64,000 nt of DNA, from assembly GCA_051530055.1 (NCBI GenBank), contig JBMGUZ010000006.1, positions 1-64,000 of the forward strand. The letters run 5' to 3'. Positions 23,936 to 37,971 of the stretch are shown here, piece by piece (position 1 is the stretch's first letter; the number at the start of each line of letters is the position of its first letter). The translations under genes were made by a program, and so were the position numbers. The notes beneath the pieces were generated by a model, which saw only the letters and a list, made by a program, of their open reading frames with translations, searched no databases and was not told the DNA's origin. This DNA comes from Neoechinorhynchus agilis (taxonomy: Eukaryota; Animalia; Acanthocephala).

Positions 23936-25410
23936 TTACATTACATTACGCCCATTACATGTCATCCGAACGCTGGCAGCGTTCCATCGCTGGACCGCCA
24001 GACTCAAGTTTTGTCGCAAGAAAGTGATTGACTGCGGCTCCGTCGCATTCGCGATACGTCGCCCCAGTTCATTCACGAATTCCGCTGCGGCCTTTCCAAA
24101 TGCCCCGTAAGTCTCTACTCCGAAAGGCAGGAATAAAAACTTAGAGGCTAACTCATGATACTTCGCGGTCCTACGTTCCTCCGCTCTCGTTGCCGCGGCT
24201 TCTGCGCCTAATTTAGCGGTCGCTATATTGCAGTTTGCCAGCGTATCGACGCATGTTGCGTCCCATATAAGGCATCTGCCACGTGATCGGGGAAAGATCG
24301 TTACCTCGTCAGGACGTTTCCCGTCTGGGCGGCAGAGATTTTTTGGCTCCAGGATGCAGGGCACATGAATCGATCTCAGCGCTCGACTTATGATAGCATT
24401 GATTTCAGCATGGCGGGGAAAACGTCCTGGGGACAGTTTACATGGGAGTCCGTTGCTGTCCACTGTGACACCACATCGACATTTATGAGCGACGCAAATG
24501 TCCATTCCGAATCTGAGACAGTAAGCAATACGGAAGGTCTCATCATCCAGCAAAGTGCCCAAATTTGAGGATGGTAGAGCATCAAGCCAGGCTCCAGATT
24601 CTTTGGTCGAACAAGCAGCGAGAGGGATCCTAGCCACTTCATCCACCTGGTCTTGTAATTGAGATTGAACCCGATGAACGAGTGGAGAATCCAACGCTTG
24701 CTGTTTGTTGCTTTCTCTAGGTATCTGTGTTTGCCAGCTTAATGTTGTCCAATTTCACAAAGGCTCGATCGAAATGCTCCGCGTTGACCTCAGGAAAAAT
24801 ATTAGTTGAGTACTTAAGACTAGCACAAATGGAGGCAAGGAAAGCCGGTAAAGTGACATCTTTAGTCTGTAGTAGTCCGGAACCCCCACTTAATGTCGGT
24901 AATGTAGCTTGTCTCCATGATGTATCGTCAAAGGCGATGTTTAGCATTTTCTCCAGCTCATCGCGCAATAGGCAGTCCAATTTATCGAGGTCGTCCGTGT
25001 TGTCGAAGGCAGGAACAGTCCTTAGTTTGTGCAGGAGCTTAGGCATGAAGAGGCAGTTCTTTATCAAGAAGATTGCTTCATGGCTCTTCAAATCCGATGT
25101 TCTCTTGCATATCAGCTTTAGCTCTGAAGCGGTCATTTCAATATCCTTTGGCAGATTCTCCTTCATCACGCAAGATCCCAATAGACGAAGCTTACTAAGA
25201 TTAATGGTTTCTATTCCTAGTGCAACCGATGAAAACTCATCCAATATAATTGACTCGTTTTTTCCATTCATGTTTAGCAGCAGAATTTGGCACTTTGTGA
25301 AATTGAGTTGCAACCCCAGTTCTTTGGTTTTTTCTACGAGTATTTTAAAATCGTCCAGAACTATTGCTGCCGCGTTTGTCGCTATCGGACTTTACATCGT
25401 TGTCGAAAAC
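23936..25410 (-). mobile_element. CRE-like element copy 2; 252-aa RLE-domain ORF (23936-24694) is continuous
   Basis: RHAEIN...PDGKRPDEVTIFP..RGRCLIWDATCVDT...EERRTAKY. Confidence 0.85.
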
Positions 25411-28400
25411 TAACTGTTAGTGAACTTTTCAAACTTTCAGCGCTTGCTTTCTTCTCAAAAATATGAATTTTGGACGCATTATCCATTTTTTTTATTTTTT
25501 AAAAACCTATTGTTAGTCGTCGTATGCGCTTTTGGAGAACTTCGGAATCGTTTTTAGATTCTAATAACCAAGAAATAAGCGTTTACGTTTTGGTTTTTAA
25601 TTTTTTTGTCAGTTCAAACCTTAAAATAATTATGTTCTTTACGTAACATTCAGGCGCATTGCATTTGGCTAATTTCAAAGCGAGAATCGATGTTTTATTC
25701 TTTGAATGCCGAATAAGTTTAAAGCATAAATACGGACCGCTTTGCCAAATTCGACGTTTCGGATTTTATGGACTTTTTCTTCCCATTTACACCAGCAAAT
25801 AAAATAGAACAACAGTGCAATATTCTTCGTCCGTTTAACGATCCAAAATTAATGGTGAAATCTTTTGAACTGGATAAATAATTTATTGCTTCCGGTTTTT
25901 TTATCGTTATGTTTGTTTATGGTGGAAATTGTGAAGGAGTTTTATTAAATCCCATAAAAGGAGCTCCATTCAAAGGCCTAAATTTTTGTATCTACACGAA
26001 GAAAGCTGAATCATTAAGCTCCATGGTGAAGAAACGAGATGAATATGAAAGCTTACAGAATTACCCTCACCGAATGTTTGCCAACCAAACAAATTTGAAA
26101 GAAGAACTAAAGAACGCAAATAAGCTCTAAGGAGAGGCACCAATGCCAGTTCCGCGATACTGAACCATTTTGAGCAACAAGGCAAGGTTCCAAGGCTATT
26201 GGCGTCTTAGAAGCTTCAGTCGTAATTTCCATTTTCTCGATTGATACATCAGTCGTTCTTAAAGATTCGGTAGTTGTTATTTCTGTAAGCTCTAGCGCAG
26301 TCGTTTTAATTGACTCGATATCCAAACTTAAATTCGTCGTTCGGTGGTCGTCAAATATAACCTTTGTTTCACATCGGCGCCTTTGGGTATCGATTTATGC
26401 TCTATTCCTTCAGTCTTCAGCTGAGCAGGAATCCCAGTAATGTTCACCCCTTTGACTATATTCTTTGTGTTTTTCTGAGACGGTACCTCTTCTTTGCTGG
26501 CCTGAGATGGCAATGTTTGTGCTTCATATCCCTTGTAACTTTTATTCCACCTTGATTGATAATTTTGATTGCACCAGTTATTTCCACATGGATTTGGGCC
26601 GAAATCGTACGACGGAGAATTTATCAATGCTGCACTTGGAGACGCCGAACTCTACTTTTTTTGCCAAAGATTTAGAATCGCCAGTTGAGCTTTTCATCTC
26701 GATTGCTTCGGTTCTTAGCGAAAATCCTACTTTAATTCGCGATTCCATTCCAGGTACTGATTCACCAGACGAAGCGATCGGAGGATCCTTCTCGAGGAGA
26801 AATGTAGCTAAAATCTTTTAAGATAACTCGATGGTCTTTTTGTGTGAGTGTTTCTTATGTCTTGAACGACATCAGCAAACAACATTTCTAAGTCGCTTTT
26901 GTTACGATTGTCGCATTTTAAAAATTTTATTGCTTTTTAATTTTACTTTAAACAAGCCCCATACATTACAACAAAATTAACACACACATCGTCCTTTTTC
27001 TGATACATTTTATAAGAATTTCCGTAAGCGTTGATCAAGGCAGAAGAGCAAGACTAAATGTTGGATTAATATCAAATCTCTCAGTGTTTCTCTGCTGTCT
27101 TTAGAAATATTTTAAGAGGGATCCAGTGCAATAAGGCTAAGAATCAAGCGCGAGACTTCTCAACTTCTCGCTTCTGATAGTCGATATGCCCGCTTCATCA
27201 CTGATCAATAGTAAGTATTATCGGATTATTTATCTGTAAAAACAGCAGAGCCCACTTTTACATACCCTCGAGGAGGGGAAAGGAGAAGAAAGCGAGGGCG
27301 ATATGTTCGACATGGAAAAGGTGAATCAACCAAATCGATCAAAGAAGAAGAAAATGGAAATTGAAGTGAGGATCAACGGATTACGATGCACCACGCAATT
27401 CGCCACAAAGGCGGAGGTGAGCACTTGTGGCACGGAATCGGGCGTCCAAAACTCCAGAGAAGGCGTGTTAAGGCGGGGATAAAAATAAACTAGTTAATGT
27501 GCCGTGTGACGGTTCAGCGCACAATCGTATAGAAACAACTAAGATCAGTTCGTCAGTCAAAAACATTCGCTTTTTCAACTTGATGTTAGTCATTTTCTAA
27601 AAAAAATCCAGTTTAAAAATCGTAGCTGCTTCCGAACATTGTCAATATCTTTTTATAGCATTTTGATATTTGTGGAAAAATCCAATTTAAACTTTTCTAA
27701 TGGTTTCAGAACTCCAGCAAAAGAATAAACTTTCGCGCTTAAAGATATTTCAACCGCTCCTTGGATTTCACGTTAAGAAATATTTTGAGTTCTTCAATTA
27801 GATCCAATAGTTTTGTCAGTACTTTCTCTTTCCTCAGCTTGTGAACTTTGGCACGCAGAACAAAATCACTATAATTGCTATCGTATTCTTGTAGCAATGT
27901 CTTAAAACTGTTTGTGATTTAAAAGATTTGCATGAATAAAGTTTAAAATTTTAACAACAATAGACATAACATTTTGCAGCTTATCGTCTTTAAGTTTTTA
28001 ACACAAAGTTTGCTGGTTAATAATACATTGATAAGCTCGGAAAATCGTTATCGGCTACCAGGAACACAATCTGGCCTTTTCTCCGTCCAACCATTATTGA
28101 CCGATAAGAACTTTCTCATAAAGTTATCATTGCTTAATAAAAATTCCTTCAGTGTCTTTTATGTATATCGTTGCCGTTTGTTAAATTTTGTGTTGGAATC
28201 AGTGCCAGCAATTCTTCTTTAAGTTTATGTTTCAAGTAAAATCTATCCAAAATTATGAGTTGTTCTGTGTCGATGCATTCCTTAAATCAAAATACAACTT
28301 TTGAATCGTATTGATTCATGGGCTAAGGAGTTCAACAAATGCGCGAGTTATCCAGATCAATAAATAAAGCTGGACAGCATAGTTAACGCGAGTTTTTAAA

Positions 28401-29713
28401 TGATTGTCAATATAAATGTATACCAACGTTCAGTCGTTGGCGGAGGGTGGTAAGCGGTCACACAATTCCCTTCGCATCCCATTATCCTCGGCTGTTCGAG
28501 AGCCACTGCTATCAGGCTCAGGATCATCATCAATCTCGACCGCGGAGGAATACTTGGTTCTTCCCATAAAAAGGTGGCCAGGTATATTAACGATTACTTC
28601 AAATCCGATCATGCGAAAGGATGCGATAATTTCACAATCTCTAACTCCTTGCATTCGATCATTCCATAACGAAGGAATAAAGCACGTAGATGGAGTAACC
28701 TATTTCGGTGGAACATTAAGAATTTATCTTAGAGATCAGAAATGGCTCCATAAACTGGAATTGTTCGCAGTCTCACTTGTCCAACGAAATCTTTCAAATA
28801 TCTAAATCGTATCAGAAGGTCCAATTTTGGGCTAATGGCGTTAAGCCTACAATCAACGATGGGGCTAGAAACGAATTTGAGCTTCGTTTTGACATTAAGG
28901 TCAAACTTCTAAAATCTCGAAAAAATGGTCTTCCGATTTCAATTGCCTTAGTGGAAGGATTGCGACAGGTTCGGGACGAGCTCTGCTATAAGCAATATGA
29001 TGCCTCATCGAGAACTCTACTTAGTATACAACGCCTATGCTTTTTCGAGGCAATAAAAAGAGTTAACGATATTCTTCAGGTCATTTCAAGCCAATGGTCG
29101 TCTTTCAAGGAAAATAACTACAAGACCGCTTTTTAGACATATTGGAATATTTCACAGCGAAACACGAAAGCTTGAAAATCTGTTTCTACGATCTTTGGAC
29201 AGCATTTTATTAAAAAACGATAGAGACTTCTTGTTCGAAGAATGAAATCATGGATGAGCAATAAAAAGCTCAGGAAAATATTATTGCTACCATCAAAATT
29301 CGCATTCGATGCCCTAAAGTGTTGAATAGAGGTTTAGAGCATCGTCGTATCCGAATTTATTGGCAATACTTTAAGTGATTTAATGATCTTTTTGCAATGC
29401 AAATTCTCTCTTTTAAGAATCGCTTCTATGGAACCTCATCCTTTTTCTCTTCTACTCTTATTATTTGCAACTTCGTGTAAACGCTTACCAACGCTCTCAC
29501 TAATTCAAGTTTAGAACACTGGAGGATTGGCTACCACAAATAAAGAAATGGTGCGATATAAAAATCAAGTGCTCCCAAATATTTGTATGATTGTATAAGT
29601 GATAATGAGCCAAGGCCTTGTTCGAATATGAAACATTTTTAATTTCACGAACAGTTACAAAACTATATAATAATAACACATTTTATTAATAATTGATACT
29701 TAACTTTGAACGG

Positions 29714-30559
29714 TCAGAAAAATATCCTTCTGAAGTAGTTGAATGCCGCAACGGCCACTTGGTAGACGGCATCAATAATATTCTTTATTGTTGTCAATCC
29801 ATTCCAAGGTTTTGATACGATATTCGGCTCCGTTTGCGTGCTACTTTCTTGCAAATCTATTATCTTGCACGTCGCTGGGCGTACATAACGACCTTGAGGT
29901 TCTTTTGGCTCTACTTCACCAAATAAAGTTAAAAACTCGCTGTATTTTTCGAATTCCAACGACGACTCATTAAATATAACGGTTGATTCCTGTAAATCGA
30001 GAAACGATTCGTAGTAATCTTCGTTTCCATTCCAAACGTGATTAAAGGCCGGATTCTCACAATAGAGAAGAGGTGAGCCATATTCGTCCATTCCTGATCG
30101 TGAATCGTAATAATCAAAAGTCACGTTCTCGAAACCTGGTGGAGTTGAGAAGTATCCTTCGTTTTCGGGCTCGTAATCGTAATAAGTAAACGAGCAATTT
30201 TCAAAACCTGGTGGAGGTAAGCAATATTCTTCATTTCCAATCGATGAATGATTATTACTGAAGTCATCTATGCTTGGTGGTGACTCATTGAAAATAAAAG
30301 TGAAATCATCAAAGCCGGGCGGAGGTGCACAATTATTTATAGTATTATCTGCGTTTTCCAAAATTTTTTCGACTTCTCGATCGAGGTAAAAATCATCATC
30401 GAAGGGATTATATATTTGGTGACCTTGGTGAATAATGTTGAACGTTGGTGGATCTGGATGGCTGAAACTATTGGGCTGACCAGAGATGTGGTTCCGCAGG
30501 AATTGTGCGCTTTCCTCGATTGGTGGTGCCCTTATCCCGAATTGTTGTCTTGTTGTCAT
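29714..30559 (-). CDS. 281-aa PPGF-repeat protein, copy 2
   Basis: Intact ORF of the same length. Confidence 0.75.
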   Translation of the reverse strand: MTTRQQFGIRAPPIEESAQFLRNHISGQPNSFSHPDPPTFNIIHQGHQIYNPFDDDFYLDREVEKILENADNTINNCAPPPGFDDFTFIFNESPPSIDDFSNNHSSIGNEEYCLPPPGFENCSFTYYDYEPENEGYFSTPPGFENVTFDYYDSRSGMDEYGSPLLYCENPAFNHVWNGNEDYYESFLDLQESTVIFNESSLEFEKYSEFLTLFGEVEPKEPQGRYVRPATCKIIDLQESSTQTEPNIVSKPWNGLTTIKNIIDAVYQVAVAAFNYFRRIFF

Positions 30560-32618
30560 ACTTCAAATCTGTAGCTCTGAACTGTCTAAAATTAGGAAAC
30601 TACGGTTAGTCGAGATTTTGGAGGCTTTACTTTCTTTATCAGGTCTTCTAATGATCTACCAAAAAGTTCAGTTACTTAACAGCTAAATGTTTCTATAAAC
30701 CTGACGCAGCGCTTCGAATGACAGGTGATTTTCAAATCATTCCAAATTAAAACTAATGCAATTTCTGCAAATTTTATGACATTTCATATCCCTAAAACTC
30801 CGCTGAATTGCAACATTCTGATTGGGGAATTCTTTACTGTATCGCTTTCGACACTTATCAAGACGTTACAACGGATATCATTAACGTATTGATAGTCTAC
30901 GGTTGAAACTCCGATACGTGTCAAAGAGGTCGATTTTTATCAGTCGATTGAACCGTAAAATTAATGACACACAACTAATGAGGCGTGAAAATTCGTTTCG
31001 GAACAAGCGACTTAGTTGTTGTTAATACCTTACAGCTACTTTAGCATTAAAATTCGATGTTTTTTTACAAAGACAGGTAATTAGAGCATGCTGATTGGCT
31101 ACTTTTCATTGAGGAAACCATACACGTGATGTTCCGAATATGTGGAGGGAAAAACGTTTGTGCTAATACCTCGCTATCTATTGATTGACTAACCCATTTC
31201 ATCAAATTTTACTTCCAAAAATACCCCAAAAATACAGATTCAATTTGAGATCTCATGATGTAAATTTGTCCGAAATTTCCACCCTCGATTTAATAGAAAA
31301 ATTTCTTGCTAGCATTTTATTAGATTTTTGAAAGAATGCAACGCGGACGAAAATTGTCTCGAAACCGTTATCCAATATCTCTTCTCTTTTGAAGCATTTA
31401 ATTTTATTAAAACCGCTTTGCCGTTATTGAACGAAGAAAAAGATTTGAATTCAACCCCCTGCAGGTGAAATGCAAATATGGACGCTAATTTTGAACTTGC
31501 GGAATCGAAAACAATTCCAGCAAGCCCAAAGGCTTCAATCTTATAATTCCAACCTAAATAATGAATGAAATAGTAGGAAAAGAAGCGCTAAAGACCACGA
31601 TGATAGTTTCACCAATATGCTAAAATGTTTATTGTGCCAAAAAATTAATAGTATCAATACTCTCAGTGTGCATTTCGGACCATTGCATCTTAATTAGAGA
31701 TACAAAAGCAATCGAGAGAATTGCTATAAAATATTCAACGAAAAGCTATCTTGTGAACGTCATAGTATGAATCCAAAAGACGATATCCATGTAGATTCTC
31801 CCAAGCTCAGGGTAGAAATTAAGTATCGAAATATAATTACACCTATGAACAAATCAACATCTAAGGAGGAATTGGATAAGCTTATTGAGATTAAATTGCC
31901 AAAAGATGAATGTCAAATTCAAGAGTAAAGTAACTATCAAAAAGAAAGTGCCCTTCCAATTAATAAAAGTATCAATAAAAATTAATAGGTTGTAGATTCT
32001 ATCTCTTGATAAAAAAACAGCAATTGACATGTCTTAATGACAACATTTTTCCTTCCGCAATACTAAAAAGCACGTTATAAATATTGATCACGCACTGAAA
32101 TAATGACGTTCCTTGATCGATTTGGTATTGAGAAATATTATAGGCATTTATTTGCATGGTGTCGATGGTTATGAGGATCGGGAAATCGAGAAGTTTCAAC
32201 GACCAACAGAATCGGCTGGTGGAAGTTCGAGAAAAAGGGAAATGAATATTGATGCCTTAACGGTCCTCAGGATCCCATTCGTTAGAGAAAAATCCAAGAG
32301 CGACATCAGGAGGCTCAAAAGGAGACAGGTCTATAAATTCCATCAGTTCACAGGAGCCCTCCAAAAAAGCATCCGGCAAGCAATGTCCAAGGACGATTGA
32401 CGCCGAAAAGTTCACCTTGCACGAGGAGTAATGCAAACTATTAGACTAAATGTGTTCAATGCCCACAAGAACAGATTCGAGTCGTCTACATTGGGAAGAT
32501 GGACGTATTTGTGAACAGTTTCGTAATGCTTTACCTAAAGAATGCCACTTCCTTTTCAGTTGGTTTCGCGGCTCAGTACCTTCAAGATGCATTAACCCGC
32601 TTGGTCGATCGACAGTGA

Positions 32619-34365
32619 GACCTTATGCTTTGAAGAATGTTGCTTTCCTCTTTTTCTTTAAGTTGTATAAAGATGATTCGTCCTTCGGCTTCTGCTCATG
32701 AAGACGTGGAATGTCTTGAGGCTTTTTTCCGCTGCCGTTGAAGCCATGTTTAGTGCGGTGCCTGAGGATAGACCAATGATATTGAGCCGCCTTGTTATTC
32801 CATTTGAATATGTGCCTCTTGAGCCGACGGCGAGGCCCATTGTCGATACGCGGTGAGGAGCAAATCCCAGCTTTATGGCTACCTCTTCTTTAATGGCCTT
32901 ATATTTGTCCTCCTTCGCATTCATAATTTCCTCTGCCCGTTCATTTGTAGTTTCATAGTATACGGCAAAGTCAGTTATGATTGCTTTTTTCGCGTTTCTA
33001 TCGACCAATATAGCATCCGGTTTGTACAGCTGCCCTCCAGGATCGTGGATACGATTCTCGGTTAGTACTTCATACCGAGAACCCCATCTCTTGTTTAGAG
33101 CCCATATGAATCGATTTTGTACGGCATCATGGCGCTCTATCATCATGCCCGTACTGTAGGGGCAGCTGTTTAGCACATGCATTTGTGTTTCAGCTTCGGC
33201 TGAACAATGTCGACATTTCCTCGTCCTGTCGTGGTCTATTGTTGCCAAATTCGCGCCTACTTCGAGCAATTGGAATCGCATCTTTACCAATTCCTTGTAA
33301 TGTTTGTGGCTGTCTTGTCTGTATCGGAATGATAAAGATTTTCGTTCGAAGTTTCCATTTGTGAACGATTCAATTCCTTGCGATTGCGTCTTCGCTTTCG
33401 TCCACTTATTGATGTTACTCGAAATATGCAGTGCCTTAGCGCGCGCGGTATCAATAATTTCTTCAGTCGAACCAAGTCCTTCGAAATATTTTTGGACAGT
33501 TTTTTTATATTCCGATAAAATTTCGAGTTCGGAGCAACGTTTCTTTGCGTTTGTATACTTTTAGTCGCATATCCATGACTGATTGTTTAATAGATTTGTA
33601 TCCTAGACCACCTTTGTTCAGGGGCAGGAATATTGCACCATCGTTCAGAAAGTGAGGTAAAAATAAAAGTTTCCTCAGCTTGGTCCGCCAGAATTGTTCG
33701 ACTGTATCAATGTTTGATACGGAAATGTCATGAGCTGCCTGAAGTTTTGCTATAATTTGGGGCAGTCCGTAGTCGTTAATTAGATGCGCTGCTTGTGTTG
33801 GTCTTAGGCCTGCTTCCTTGGTTTTTAAGAATAAATGAGTAATATCATTCTTGATGGAGTCAATTGTTGTAGGCATCCAAGGAGTGCCTCCGAGATACTG
33901 CACTGGATCACCGTTTAATATTGTGTTCAGCTTCATTCCATCGATTTCGAATTGAGGGTCGTGTGCAATTATTTTGTTGCCGTTAATGTACGATTGGGAG
34001 TAAGTCCTACATTTGTGTGGCGAAAAATGTAAATCCTTTTCCTTTAAAAGAGATGATAGCCGATCAATCATGGATTGTAAGTCTTTTTTTTTCTTTTCGT
34101 AACGCTTTTGCTTCATAAGACTCCTTAATATAAGGATGTTTGATAAGCATGATGTACTGTCAAACGCTGTTTGATGTTCAGACACAGGGCATGCTGTTCG
34201 TAATCTTGCGAGTATTATACGGTGGAAAATTCGTAGTAAAATCGACGATATTGTGATCGGCCGCACAGATTTTGGATCCGTATATGATCGAGAGCTCGAA
34301 TTGTTCTTTGGTAGGAGAATTGTTTTGTTCTCCAGCCAAGCTTTTGGAGGATGTCCTATTTGCAA
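32619..34365 (-). mobile_element. R2-like RLE non-LTR element, with ~350 bp of RT core deleted
   Basis: CRHCSAEAETQMHVLNSC, RHDAV, KPDAILVD...ITDFAV, KEDKY; RT motif 2 joined to post-YADD sequence at ~34090. Confidence 0.85.
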
Positions 34366-34394
34366 TATGGAATTAAAAAGTACAGTTAATCCAA

Positions 34395-34810
34395 TAAGAT
34401 CGCGATCGAAGGCCTATTTCGGGATAAAGAGTGCGTTCTTTATCCGAAATAATGCCTCGTGAGCCGAGAGAGCGCTGACCCTATCACACAGCAACGAAAG
34501 TTTCGGTATGATCCGGCCGATCTCAGCTTCCACATTTGAATCAAATACGCAACTACCCAAGAGGCTGAGTTGCTCTGGAGTATGAGCTCTATGTCCATTC
34601 TCGAGGTGTCCCTAATCAGCGTCTCCAAATCGCACAGTACAACGGAGGGATCTCCTCCGAGTGTAGCCGCATCCAAATACCAAGCGCTGAAGCTGGAATA
34701 GAGAGAGTGCGCTATTGGATTTACTGTTAGGGAGAATGCGATTGGATCGAGAGGATCTCCTTGCTGCACTCCTCTTTCGTACCAAATGAGGTGGTCTTCA
34801 AAAAGCAAAG
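34395..34810 (-). mobile_element. CRE-like RT core fragment (mirror at ~58270-58690, +)
   Basis: GVQQGDPLDPIAFSL...WYLDAATLGG. Confidence 0.85.
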
Positions 34811-36009
34811 GAGTCGCGGTCCCGTGAGCATTGAGAAAATACTGGAAGGCTTATGGTACGTGATCCCAAATTGTAAAGAACATGCATTCTCTATTGATAG
34901 AGTTAAAGGCGTTCTGAAAATCCCTCAAAACGGCAACGAAACCCTTCCTTCGTGGGTCCTTTACGAACCTCGCGAAATTTCATTTCGAAATTGTTAAATA
35001 TCTTTTCGAAGGAGTCAAAGACACTTCAAAATCATCACTGGTTCAAAGAACTGAGCGCGGGAATGCGAAGAGCCGTGCCCATGATGGCGCACAGTTATTT
35101 ATTAGGCAATCGTTAAGGAATCCCGTAAATGTTATGGCGACCTGATGTCGTACGCAGTTTGAGATCCGTTTCAGGACGTTCCTGAGCAGAACCCGCACTA
35201 TATCAGATAACGAAATAGAGTCAGTGGTGATCTGAGAGGTCCCAGGGATTGTGGTGGGGAACCAGACCCGCCACAGCGGAGATCCCGGGGACCATGGGCA
35301 AACAAAACCCTAAAATATTTTAATTTAAAGACTTATCGCAAACCGAGCACACACCAGTAGAGACGCGTTTGAGCTCGGATGCGTTGGTCTTCACAGGTTG
35401 AGCGCGATCGATAAGTTGCGCGTTCAAGGTGTCTTCGTCAGTAGCTCGATGCAATTAGTGCCCGTTCGTAGATTGAAACCAGTGAGTTCTGAATAGAAAT
35501 GTGACGACCATCCCCACCAGCTACAACATTTTTCCCTTTCTCTTTGATGAGAAAAATACGCTTCGAGAGGTTCATATGAGCCCATTCGTCAGGAGACGCA
35601 CTGACCATAGCTTTAGCGATATCGGTGATGTTGGCCTTGCCGAGTACATTCGTGTCTCGGTTTGACAGGCAAGGAAACTGTTTATAATGCTGGTAAGCAT
35701 TCTTCAGAATGAAAGTCACAAAGAGTTTTGACCACGTTGTTGAGGCCCGAGGTTTTAATCCACGATGTAGCTGCTTGCTGCGAAGGAACGAATTTTTTCT
35801 TAGAGACAACGCGATACCATTGAGAAGAGTTGGGAAGGAGTGATTTGATCCTACCTCTATCCTTGTTCAGTTGGAAACGAGCCCTACAAGGCCAGTGTAA
35901 TGCTGACCAGAATTTAATTCCTCCCGTAAAGGGAAAAAGCACGCGGGGTTTCATCGAAGCAATTAATTTGCCTAACTATAGTTAGGAGTCTACACCCGGT
36001 AAATGAGTA

Positions 36010-36060
36010 TTTATTAAAGACGTTTCGAAGCTCGTCGGGTTCATCATCAGTTTGTTAGTA
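36010..36060 (-). ncRNA. Weak minimal hammerhead-like motif (mirror at 57281-57335, +)
   Basis: aaa CTGATGA T GAA..TTC GAAAC GTC ttt; stems I and II are only ~3 bp. Confidence 0.35.
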
Positions 36061-37644
36061 ATAGACGGTTAATCACATTCCCCGGTACCTCACATATCGA
36101 CATTTTTAAGCTTAGGATGTTCGCCGAGATTCTACGAGCCTTGCTTCCAATGGCCAGAGGTGTTTGAGCCCAATGTCCCCATTTTTGACACTCCGAGGAA
36201 TCAGTTTCCCACGTAGTAAAGACTTTAAGAAGAATAACAGCTTACATCCGAACTTCTCGAAAGCGACCCTGTCTTCATTATCTATCTCCGGTGAGAGGTC
36301 GGAAACGATGAACGTAGATGTATAGCTTGAATCCGTGTATTGCAGACCAGCATCTTCCTTAAATCTAGTGAGGAAACTCCTGAATTGTTTCCTAAATATA
36401 TTGGAGATGAAGTGAATTTTCAAAACTCCACCATTGAGCGAAATTGACTTAATATGATTGTAATCGTCTTTGAGTGATTTGAGCTACGGCACTTCGTAAG
36501 CCTTGTTAAGGGATTCCCTGGGTTGAACAGGTAATCGTCTTATCGAGTTTAATTAATCGTTTGAACATTATTTTCTGGTCGACATGAAAAAATGCAAAAA
36601 TATTTATTTGGTTTCGATTTGTAGAAGGAACATAACGCGTTTTATTAATAATGCGTTCAAATGGGCATAAATTTTTGTTCATTGGTACACTCGAAAGTGT
36701 TCGACCGGTTAAGATAATGTATTTTTTTAACAGTTGAAGAAACAAAGTCAAATGAAACGTTAATGTAATCTTTCTGGCGAAAAGCTAAAGTTATAAAACC
36801 TTTTGCGTAAATGCTAGAATTGGTATTTGGAAATATGAATTCATTTCCTTCAGGATGTCGATCCTTCGCGGTCACATTGGCACCTTCAATGTCCATTTTC
36901 ATACCGAATTGTGGAATTGAAACAAACAGAAATCTTCATCGATGGATACAAAAATTTTCTTTAATTTTTTTCGTTGCCCTCTGAAGCGTCCTAACGGACA
37001 CTGTACTCGTCATTGGGCTTTGGCCTGAGGCCGCAACTTACTGTAAATTGTTTCGAGATAGAAGTGAAAGTTAGAAAGCTGTTTTTCGCAGTGAGAGTTC
37101 GTTAGCGAAAATCGATACTCTTTTGATGTTCTTTGAAAAGTGAGCCTTACCTTAACTCACGGAGAAAAACTTCTTGCGCTCTTCGCTATCTATGATCTCG
37201 TCAATAAACACCTTACCTTGAAAGTTGCGATGAATCCAACAGAGCTTAAACGACTAAAATTATACTTAATTTTTACCTTTCAATACAAGTATATTTGAAT
37301 CTTTGCAAAAAACCAAAGGGAATGAAATATAAAAGTCGTTAAAATAGTCAAGAGTTTCCATCGCAAATTCTACTTAGTATACAACGCCTATGCTTTTTCG
37401 AGGCAATAAAAAGAGTTAACGATATTCTTCAGGTCATTTCAAGCCAATGGTCGTCTTTCAAGGAAAATAACTACAAGACCGCTTTTTAGACATATTGGAA
37501 TATTTCACAGCGAAACACGAAAGCTTGAAAATCTTTTTCTACGATCTTTGGACAGCATTTTATTAAAAAACGATAGAGACTTCTTGTTCGAAGAATGAAA
37601 GGATGTTTGAGATATGGGAATTTGAAGTAAAGAATTAATTTATT

Positions 37645-37688
37645 GAATTGAATATTTCGATCCAAACTAGGATCTTCTTCAGCAATTC
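37645..37688 (-). ncRNA. Minimal type I hammerhead ribozyme in the 3' pLTR of PLE A
   Basis: GAATTG-CTGAAGA-A-GATCC tagttt GGATC-GAAA-TATT-CAATTC: 6-bp stem I, 5-bp stem II, palindromic stem III. Confidence 0.85.
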
Positions 37689-37971
37689 TAAAAAAGAGAG
37701 GCAGGGAATGTCAAAAACTATCACACGTTGATCTTATCGGGTGGAATCCGAAGCTTCAATCTGTAATCCGGCTTGTTTCCATCAAAAATGGATGACGACT
37801 GGATATACACAGCTTCCATGACCACACGACTGAATCGATCGTGACTTCGTAATAACACTTGCGTGTTATCAAAATCGATATGATGTCCAGTATTCACAAC
37901 GTGTGAGACCACTGCAGAACTCAAGTCATTCTTTCTGTTTATCGATCGCCTGTGCTCCTGAATTCTCCTAT

